A stretch of DNA of 64,000 bases, taken from the NCBI GenBank assembly GCA_965219685.1, contig CBDCOH010000002.1:224001-288000 (forward strand). Reading direction: 5' to 3'. The notes under the pieces were generated by a model. That model did no database searches and was not told where the DNA came from. It saw only the letters and a program-made list of their open reading frames with translations. The position numbers were made by a program, and so were the translations under genes. Below are positions 56,469 through 64,000 of this stretch, one piece after another. Position 1 is the stretch's first letter. Each line of letters begins with the position of its first letter. The stretch is from Candidatus Spongiisociaceae bacterium (GTDB taxonomy: Bacteria; Actinomycetota; Acidimicrobiia; Spongiisociales; Spongiisociaceae).

Positions 56469-57251
56469 ATGGGTGTCAGCGTGCCGGCGTCTCAGCTTGA
56501 CGGACTCGTAGCGCAGGCGTGGCGCTCGTTCGAGCGTGCCGCCCCGATGCGGTGCCGTGTCAGCCCCGCCGTCCCGATCCTGTTCTTCGGTGACCTCGAT
56601 GCCTATTGCGGATCACAGACGCGCGTTCTGACAGTGGGGCTGAACCCTTCGCTGGAAGAGTTCCCGTCACGAAGACCGTTTCGCCGCTTCCCTCTCGCCT
56701 CGACTGTCACATCTAGCGACCCGGCGCGATACATCAGAGCGCTATCGGCCTACTTCCGTACCGACCCTTACGACAGCTGGTTCCGGAACTTCGAGCCGAT
56801 GCTCAACGGAGCGAAGGCGAGCTACTACCCACGATGGGCTTCGACCGTGCTCCACACCGATATCTGCTCACCCGTCGCAACCGATCCGACCTGGAGCCGA
56901 CTTTCGGACTCCGACCGGGCGGCGCTCGAGGTCCACGGCCCCGCGCTCTGGTATGGGCTGGTCGAGGAGCTGCAACCACACATCGTTGTGCTCTCGGTTG
57001 CTCGACGCTACCTCTCCCATATCGTGTTCGATCCGCTCAGCCGATGGAAACCCCTGCACCGCTTCGAATTCAAGGACAGCGGCGCTCCCCGCTCGCGTCC
57101 CTACGAAGCACGTGCACGCTGGTACCGCACCGGCGGAAACCCGACACTATTCGTCTACTGCCCCGCTGGTAGGACACCACTCACGATCAGCAACGACCAG
57201 AAACGTCAACTGGGCGCGATTTCCGTACAAGCATGGAGGCGCGGTCACTAG
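56469..57251 (+). CDS. Hypothetical protein, uracil-DNA-glycosylase-like fold
   Basis: PILFFGD...VLTVGLNPS.EEF, HTDICSP.AT and LQPHIVV. Confidence 0.6.
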   Translation: MGVSVPASQLDGLVAQAWRSFERAAPMRCRVSPAVPILFFGDLDAYCGSQTRVLTVGLNPSLEEFPSRRPFRRFPLASTVTSSDPARYIRALSAYFRTDPYDSWFRNFEPMLNGAKASYYPRWASTVLHTDICSPVATDPTWSRLSDSDRAALEVHGPALWYGLVEELQPHIVVLSVARRYLSHIVFDPLSRWKPLHRFEFKDSGAPRSRPYEARARWYRTGGNPTLFVYCPAGRTPLTISNDQKRQLGAISVQAWRRGH

Positions 57252-57371
57252 AGCCGAAACAGCGGTCGTTTCGATCTGCCGGTCCGACCCGATGGCGGTA
57301 TCCCACGCCTGAGCCTGCCGTGGTTGCCATTGCTCAGTCCCAACCGCCCTGCTTACACCCCGTCGCGTGTA

Positions 57372-59309
57372 CTAATGGAGAAAGGAGTACATCGCCAATG
57401 TCTCCGGCTGTTCTGATTCCGAAAACACAAGAACTGTGTATATACCGCCAACGGTCACGAGTTGTCGGAGGTCGGCTTCGATGGTGACACTTCCATCTTC
57501 ATGAACGGCCCATGAGTCGGCTACCACATCCTCCAAGGCGAGATCTACATAATAGGAGCCGGGAGGCGGTGGTTCTAGTACTTGAGCGATCGGTCCGACA
57601 CTCTCACAGGCATCCGTGAAGCCGCCACCCACACAATATGATGTGAGCCTGGAGATTTCCTCAGGTCGTTTCGAGGTTGGTGGTGAGTCATAGTAGACCG
57701 CTAAGTGACCGATCTCGACTCCGGATTGTGGCCGCAGCCAAAGCCTCAGTATCCCGTCGTCAAGACGTGGCGATGTTGCGTGGTCCAGCCGCGTGTATTC
57801 GAAGTGTTGATAGTACGCAACCTGGCTGTCAGTGAAGGCTATTCCAATGTTGACGGTGTCGTAGATGGGGTCAAGAATCGTATCACGATGTCCCCAATTC
57901 GCATGAGCGTCGTCATACACCATGGACCACTGGAGAGTCTCGATCGCGCTGAGCACATCGATGTCTCCACAGACGACCGTCGGCTGATCACAGTCTTGTG
58001 ATCCCCTGATCTGCCCGGCGGCGTTCTCGGCGATCACACCGACACCGCCAGCTTGTGTGTACAGCATGTACGGCTTCAATCCATCGGATGTCCAGTGCCC
58101 TGCCAGATATCCGTAACGTACCGAGTCTTCGGCATGGGCCTGTGCCGCCTGGTTGGATCCAAGCCGGACTGCCGGCACACCATGTGATTGACGGTCCAGG
58201 TTAATGAGTCCTATGGCAAACAGCCGAAGATCCTGAAGGCTTGGAGTCTCTGGTTCATCCAGCGGGTTGAGGTTTGCATCCGGCTGGAGAGCTGCTATGT
58301 CCATGTTGATGAAGTAGGAGCTGGCGGGCAGCTCAGAGCCTGCCCAGACGACAAGTTCGTAGATGCCGGGTCCGGGAACCCTTCCGGCTAGAGATGCGAC
58401 TATTGAGGTGGTCTGACCGTCACTTGACCAATGGTCGGCTACGATCGCTGAGTCAGGTAGGTTCAGTATTTGACCGCTGTCAGGTGGTCTATGGATGGAT
58501 AGCACCCTGTCCCGGAATAGGCTATCTGTAGGTGAGGCAGGGGGCGGATAGTAGTAGATGTCGACAGATTCGATCGACAGACTACCGTAGGGGGCGAGTT
58601 CGAGACTTAGGAACCCACCTGAGACGGACGGTTCTTTGAGATATGTAACCTGCTGATGGTCCAGTTGTAGAATCACTACAAACGTGAAGTCGGTATATGC
58701 GACCCCCACGTGTAGTTTCTCCCAGTCCGCAAACAGCAGACTCTCTGGATCCTGGGGACGGGCTTCCGCTAAACGCGAGTCCACATAGGCCGACAGGTAA
58801 CCTGCCGCGTCGGTTCTCTCACAAATCACGAGGGCGGATCTGCACTGAACGATCTCAGCCGCGTCGAAATAGCCGCGGAAGTGGCTCGACGACAGGATGG
58901 ATCCTCGCCCTCCGGTCGCCGTGTAAACCGCATCGATCGGTAGCCCATCTTGGGTGTAGTCGATCAGACCCAAACGGGCAAGGGCCTGCTCAGCCACGTA
59001 CTGAGCGGCGACACTGTCCCCGACTTCCAGAGGGGAATACCCCAGTTCCATCCTTCGACGGTTGACCCGGTCCACAGCCAACGTCCGAAGCGACGAGACC
59101 TCGACCGACGAAACAACATCGAATTGAGCAAGTGACTCATCCTCGAGCGGGGCGGTCGGGACCGGGCCGTCGCTCCGTGTCGACTCCCGGTCCGGAATGG
59201 GTTCACTCGGGTTTTCGAAGTAGACGACCTGACCATCATCTCCACATGCCGGAACCAGGAAGACCGCGACCACAGCGCTCAGGCAGACCCACCTGCGAAA
59301 CACGCCCAT
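57372..59309 (-). CDS. Lipoprotein with two CAP/SCP-like domains
   Basis: Lipobox-like VPAC, VNRRR..LG, LINLDRQSHGV..AQAHAED, AENAA and WGHRDTILDP.Y. Confidence 0.82.
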   Translation of the reverse strand: MGVFRRWVCLSAVVAVFLVPACGDDGQVVYFENPSEPIPDRESTRSDGPVPTAPLEDESLAQFDVVSSVEVSSLRTLAVDRVNRRRMELGYSPLEVGDSVAAQYVAEQALARLGLIDYTQDGLPIDAVYTATGGRGSILSSSHFRGYFDAAEIVQCRSALVICERTDAAGYLSAYVDSRLAEARPQDPESLLFADWEKLHVGVAYTDFTFVVILQLDHQQVTYLKEPSVSGGFLSLELAPYGSLSIESVDIYYYPPPASPTDSLFRDRVLSIHRPPDSGQILNLPDSAIVADHWSSDGQTTSIVASLAGRVPGPGIYELVVWAGSELPASSYFINMDIAALQPDANLNPLDEPETPSLQDLRLFAIGLINLDRQSHGVPAVRLGSNQAAQAHAEDSVRYGYLAGHWTSDGLKPYMLYTQAGGVGVIAENAAGQIRGSQDCDQPTVVCGDIDVLSAIETLQWSMVYDDAHANWGHRDTILDPIYDTVNIGIAFTDSQVAYYQHFEYTRLDHATSPRLDDGILRLWLRPQSGVEIGHLAVYYDSPPTSKRPEEISRLTSYCVGGGFTDACESVGPIAQVLEPPPPGSYYVDLALEDVVADSWAVHEDGSVTIEADLRQLVTVGGIYTVLVFSESEQPETLAMYSFLH

Positions 59310-59669
59310 CGTTGCCCTCTCCCTATTACCTAGCCATGGCCCCATCGGTGGTCGTGAGTCCTACCCCTCGTCCCGCTGCGCACAGGCCGTGTCGCCGACC
59401 TTCGAGGTGTGGCAGTCGGGAACAGTTTTGGTGGTTGTCGCAGGTCGATCTTGTGGGAGACGTCGTAGCGGCTAACGATCACGATCCGCACAGTCCCAAG
59501 GACTCCCACCTGGTCCACGCCGCTGGATAGTAGTTGGATCCGGGCTGACTTCGGACCCGGCCCCGGTGCTGGCTTACTCCGGGTCCGAGCGGAGTTGCCC
59601 GCTCGGAAGCTGGTGTGGTTCCGATGTTCCGCCCTACTTTCCCGACGCACGATTCCGGACACCGGTCGA

Positions 59670-59870
59670 TCAGCTTCGAGCATCGAAGCGAGAGAACCGG
59701 CGCACCGGTCCTTGGGATACTCGGGCAACGGAGGCCCGCTCGCACACCTCGCCGTTGTGAACGACGAGCACGCGATCCGCAACGTGGCTGACCACTCGCA
59801 GGTCGTCCGTGATCAGCAGCACCTCGATGCCCAAATCGCCGTCGGAGCCCCGAGCGCCGCTCATGTTCTT
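59670..59870 (-). pseudogene. Remnant of peptide ABC ATPase C-terminus
   Basis: LGIEVLLITDDLRVVSHVADRVLVVHNGEVCE. Confidence 0.7.
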
Positions 59871-60426
59871 GGACCCGAGGCCCGGTGAGTGCCCTGAGCG
59901 CGCTCGTCGCCGGACCGGCTACCGAACGCGTGGCGAGAACTTCCGCCAGGTCCGCGGGTGGCCGTCCGAGGTCCGGCGATCCCTCCACCGCAGGATGACC
60001 ACCTTCGTCGTTTCCCTGACATGGTCCACCCACCGGGATCCCTCGTCTTGATGTGTGCGCGGGCTTGGAGAGCCTCGATGTATCGTCCCGGCGGCGGGTC
60101 TTGTCCGGGTTTCCTTTCACTCGAGTGGTGAAGTATCTGGTCAGGACCAGCTGCTGACTGGAGCTCAGCAAAGATCGGCCGAGCTGAGCAAGGTCGAGCG
60201 ATCGCGATGTGAGGGGCGCACGTCCAGTAGTCCGCGTTGCAGGTTGTAGTCGTCGACTTAGGTGATGAGGCGTTGTTGGCTCAATGTCGGGACGGGGGGT
60301 GGTTGATCGTCAATGAACATCCTTGGTGGGATAATGGTGGTACCCCGCCGGGGTGAGCAGCCCCGGCCCAACTGCGCAGCCGCTGGCTGGGGCTGTTTCT
60401 GAACCGGGCCGCCTAGAGCACCTTTT

Positions 60427-62313
60427 TCATGTGTTTGCGGCGAGTCCGCTCTTGTGGGCTTTGGCATATACCTCGTACACGACATGGTCGACGCTTGCGT
60501 GGAAGGCTTGGACGGCGGCGTTCAAGTCGTCGAGAGCGGCGAGCCTTTCGAACCCGGTGTTGGGAACTGGAATACGTAGCCCGGCTAGCACCTCGCGGGC
60601 CCTGTCCGCGATTCGGGGCGCCGCCCGTTGTGGGCCTTCACCGAGAACACGTACGGGCTTCGGCACAGGATGGTCACGTACGTGTTCGTAGAATTCGGAT
60701 GCCCGATCGGCGACCTCCTCCAGACGGGCCTCGGTCACCGAGTAGGTAACGCCGGTCTCGGCCCGGTTGTCCCACGCTTCGTTGACCGTGTTCGCTTCCG
60801 TGAGGATGTCGTCCACCGACTCTTTGAAACGTGTGAGGCCTTCTATGTAGGCGACCGCCTCGTCTACTAGTTCGACCGCCGGCCGGACCCGTGTTGTGGT
60901 TGTTTGGCCACTGACGGTCAGGATCCCGCCAGGTTGGGTGTACGCTTCGATGTTCCTGAGAACACGGGCGACGCTTGCATTGAAATCGTCGGCGACGTTG
61001 TTGAATCCTTGGAGAGCAGCCTGCCGCTCGGATCCGTCGTTCGGAGCAGGAACCCTAAGCCCATCCAGAATCGCGGCCGCCAACTCGGCAAGGCGGGTTG
61101 CTAGACGGAGCGGACCGCCCGGCTCCCCATGTATCCCCCTGAGAGGAATGGGCACACGCTGGAATATGACGGCATCCGCGAAGGCGTTCGTCTGTTCCTT
61201 GATGGCAACAAGGGACGCCTCAGTTTCCGAGTAGATGTTGCCTCCCTCGACGCGGGCGTCCCAGATCTCGTTGATTCTGTTCATCTCCCGAACTAGGTTG
61301 TCCACCGTTTGTGGGAACCCGCTCATAGCTTCCGCATAGGCGACTGCCACTGGCAGCAGGACCACAGGCTCGTCCTCTGGAAGGCTCGTGGCAACCGCCG
61401 ACACCGCGATCGTCATCGGTTCCACAGCGATCGTGGTCTGGGGAAGGGTTGTCGTCGAAGCCAGTGTGGTTGTCCTCGCAACAGATGCTGCCGTTTCAGT
61501 ACCGCCCCCGCAGCCTCGAGCCAACGCTCCGACAAGGACCGAGAGCAGAACGAGAACGAGAGCGACACGAGCGCAGCCCTTAACGACTCGAGCACACCCA
61601 CCCCGTCTGCTAGTCGCTGTTATTGTCGGCTGCGAGGCTGCTGGCCTATGAGCGCTCGGCGGAGACGACTTGACGTGACCAGATTCGAGCGGACCATTGT
61701 GGACTGTGGAAGCTCTGGGACGCCTCGGCTGCGGTGGACGTGAAGGCTGAGACGGCGGACGTGAAGGCCGAGGCTTGGTCTTTATTGTCCCCGCGGAGTG
61801 TGACTCGGGCGGCCGTGGTAGGGATGAGCCTTCTACCAACCTGATGAGCTTTCTCTTGTAGTCCCATGCATCGCTAGTCAGCGCCCGGACGCTTTCCACG
61901 ACGGAATGCCTGTCAACGACCCCAACTTCGGCCATGACCTCGCGGTTCTCGAAGAGACCGGCTCCTGTGAGGTTCGCCGAGCCGGTCAGGACCGTCGGTG
62001 GTGACGTGTGAACTACCCACGCCTTGAGATGCGCGGCCGCCGCCCCGCCCCGTCTGCGATACCAATTCTTGACCTCCACATCGTCACGACGGAGGAACGC
62101 GGAAGCAACACGCCGGTCGGAATCCGTTGCATTAGCGAAATAGCGTGGCCGAGCATCGCCTATCACCAAGGTGACCTCTCGGTCACGGGTCTGGCCGGCT
62201 AACCAGGCTATACCCTTCACGCTGGCATACCCGACAGCCACCGTGACCTTCGTGTTCGGATGAGAGCGCAAGAAGGCAGCTATCCGGGTTGAGGCTCCAC
62301 CCTGCGGCGTCAC
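60427..62313 (-). CDS. PLD-like (HKD) nuclease domain + Pro-rich linker + TM + two tandem helical domains
   Basis: VAVGY, HLKAWV...LTGSANLT.AGL.ENRE, Pro/Ser linker, TM ALVLVLLSVLVGAL, Thr linker, and a duplicated AVAY...WD...TEA.L...G.ER.AAL unit. Confidence 0.8.
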   Translation of the reverse strand: MTPQGGASTRIAAFLRSHPNTKVTVAVGYASVKGIAWLAGQTRDREVTLVIGDARPRYFANATDSDRRVASAFLRRDDVEVKNWYRRRGGAAAAHLKAWVVHTSPPTVLTGSANLTGAGLFENREVMAEVGVVDRHSVVESVRALTSDAWDYKRKLIRLVEGSSLPRPPESHSAGTIKTKPRPSRPPSQPSRPPQPRRPRASTVHNGPLESGHVKSSPPSAHRPAASQPTITATSRRGGCARVVKGCARVALVLVLLSVLVGALARGCGGGTETAASVARTTTLASTTTLPQTTIAVEPMTIAVSAVATSLPEDEPVVLLPVAVAYAEAMSGFPQTVDNLVREMNRINEIWDARVEGGNIYSETEASLVAIKEQTNAFADAVIFQRVPIPLRGIHGEPGGPLRLATRLAELAAAILDGLRVPAPNDGSERQAALQGFNNVADDFNASVARVLRNIEAYTQPGGILTVSGQTTTTRVRPAVELVDEAVAYIEGLTRFKESVDDILTEANTVNEAWDNRAETGVTYSVTEARLEEVADRASEFYEHVRDHPVPKPVRVLGEGPQRAAPRIADRAREVLAGLRIPVPNTGFERLAALDDLNAAVQAFHASVDHVVYEVYAKAHKSGLAANT

Positions 62314-62721
62314 GACATTCCTGATACTGGGCGTCGGCGGGCGAACTCGTTCGTCGATGAATCTCGCTCAGTCATAGAAAGCCGCCATCTCCGTGTTCTT
62401 GCTGACCAGTTGCAGACAGCGAGTGCCGACTCCATAAGCTTCCCTGAGTGGGTGGGAGTGGTCGGCTTGGTAGAAGCGTCGTATGTCGCGGCCGTGGCCT
62501 TGGATTGTGGTTCGATCATGCCGAGTTGTTCGAGGACCTGTACTTCGCGACCTAGGAAGCGGGCACCGGTTCCGATGCTTCCTCTTGTGAAGCGAACCTG
62601 GACCGTTGTTCCCCTCAGCGTCTAGAGGCAGCGGCCTTCTCCTTCCGCCAGCCGGGTTCGAACTCTAGCTTCGGGACTTTTCGCGAAAGGTGGGTAATAA
62701 GGGGATCCGTTTCGGCCATCC

Positions 62722-63780
62722 CTAGCCGGCTGCTTCTGCGTATGCGTCGGTCAGCGCATCCAGAAGTTCATCGCTGAAGTCCCGGGTGCTGTTGCCCTGA
62801 CCGATCCGGACGGGTGCTAGTTTCTCGATCCGTTCGAGGTGGCTGGGCGCATTTCGCTCCAGCACGCTGCGCCAGAACTGCAGCGACGCGCCTCCCTCGT
62901 TCCAGATGGTTGCCAATGCCACCCTGTCGGAATCGAGAAGCGGACTCAGCACGAACCGCTCACCTCTCTTGCCCTCGGTCGAGGAGAGTGTTGCTAGCCC
63001 GCGGTTCTCCAATTCGCGGGCCCATCGCAACAGCCGACGGAGATCCTTCTGGTGTTCTTCCGGAGCTTCGGCGATGCTGGCCTTGAACCTCTCGCTGCCC
63101 TTGTGGTAGGTCGTCTCCGATTCCCGGCGGCGTGTCGCCTCTATGGTCACCTCGTGGCGCTCGGGTGTGACACGCTGGGGGATCGTCACCGATGTACCGG
63201 CGACGTTGAAGGAACTGACCGCTACCAGGTCGATGACCAGTTTGTCGGTGACGTGTTCCAGATACGCCACCAACGTCATCAGCTCCGGAGGCACAGTGTC
63301 GAGGACGAAGACGAGCCGGAAGCGTCCCTTGCCCAGATGCTCGTCGAGAGCCGCTGTGAACTCGTCGGCGTCGAACACGTCTTCCTGTACCGAGCCGACC
63401 GCACCGACCAGGGACTCGTAGCCACGCCGCCGGAGGCTGGCGCCGACTAGGTCCTCGAGTTGTTCTCTGGTCGTGCCGTGGAGGTGCGCCGCGTAGGCCA
63501 GGATCTGTGCCACCACCGCCCGGCGGGCGTCTCTGTTCTTCTCGAGCTTGATCTCGATAATGACCGGCCGGCCCGATGTCTCCACCCCCACCAGGTCCGC
63601 ATATCCCGATCCCATCGGAACTTCCCGGCCGAGGATTAGCAGCGGCGGTGCCCCCGACAGTGGCAGCATCTCGGGCGTCTGCTCGATCAGGTCATGCAGC
63701 GTTGCCTCGTCGGGGAACCCGTCGGGCATGCTCAGCGTCCAGCCCTCACCGTCTTCCGTCCAGATTCCCGACATCGTCAT
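62722..63780 (-). CDS. NucS/DUF91-like PD-(D/E)XK endonuclease domain protein
   Basis: E..LHDLI, GREV, ADLVGV...VIIEIKL and VVAQILAYA. Confidence 0.8.
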   Translation of the reverse strand: MTMSGIWTEDGEGWTLSMPDGFPDEATLHDLIEQTPEMLPLSGAPPLLILGREVPMGSGYADLVGVETSGRPVIIEIKLEKNRDARRAVVAQILAYAAHLHGTTREQLEDLVGASLRRRGYESLVGAVGSVQEDVFDADEFTAALDEHLGKGRFRLVFVLDTVPPELMTLVAYLEHVTDKLVIDLVAVSSFNVAGTSVTIPQRVTPERHEVTIEATRRRESETTYHKGSERFKASIAEAPEEHQKDLRRLLRWARELENRGLATLSSTEGKRGERFVLSPLLDSDRVALATIWNEGGASLQFWRSVLERNAPSHLERIEKLAPVRIGQGNSTRDFSDELLDALTDAYAEAAG

Positions 63781-63818
63781 GACACACTTCCCGCCTGTAT
63801 TAGTGCCCAGCCGTCCAG

Positions 63819-64000
63819 TTACTTGACCCCGCTCTGCGGCAGCATCAGAACTCGACCGTCAGTCGCCTTGGCTACCACCAATGGCGGCATGCTTGTATGC
63901 CGCCACCTGTCGATGTCCGGCGAGTTGCCCTTGTACTTGTTGCACCTGGGGTGAGCTGCCTGGAGGTTCTCCATCCCGTGCAGCACGCTGGTGTAGTAGG
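63819..64000 (-). CDS. 3' end of an HNH endonuclease (runs off the window)
   Basis: ...HGMENLQAAHPRCNKYKGN...SGVK*. Confidence 0.65.
   Translation of the reverse strand, partial: YYTSVLHGMENLQAAHPRCNKYKGNSPDIDRWRHTSMPPLVVAKATDGRVLMLPQSGVK

Overview
High-GC actinobacterial DNA. Cys-containing SLH modules, RCC1/FN3/CAP surface proteins and an MFS-ABC fusion suggest Acidimicrobiia, possibly a host-associated MAG (inference only). There are four zones. (1) 1-7.5 kb: a tightly coupled operon of PP2C phosphatase, ParB-like protein, VirD4-like ATPase and YegI/TerY-P-type kinase. A 1,305-bp near-perfect inverted repeat (2708-4012 / 6232-7536) duplicates the kinase domain and encloses two alternative C-terminal modules tail-to-tail, so it may be an invertible switch that swaps the kinase sensor. 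(2) 7.9-16 kb: three SLH-anchored surface proteins. One is an RCC1-SLH-TlpA fusion whose apparent stop is an in-frame UGA in a W-U-P-L-C thioredoxin motif, making it a probable selenoprotein that the ORF track truncates. (3) 16.6-48.5 kb: a catabolic and transport island with ornithine cyclodeaminase-like, polar amino acid ABC, CoA ligase and transferases, two CocE/NonD hydrolases, three SnoaL-like proteins, fused Liv-type ABC and MFS-ATPase, enoyl-CoA hydratase and fused double ACAD genes, followed by YihY and MMPL. (4) 48.5-64 kb: a decayed accessory/defence hotspot with a PLD pseudogene, IS21 end, unannotated TA-like pair, drmA pseudogene, DUF222-HNH, UDG-like, PLD-TM, NucS-like and HNH genes. 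A helical domain appears to be shared between the kinase C-terminus and the PLD-TM protein. I recognised no rRNA, tRNA or CRISPR array. All family calls come from motif reading by eye; no database search was run.
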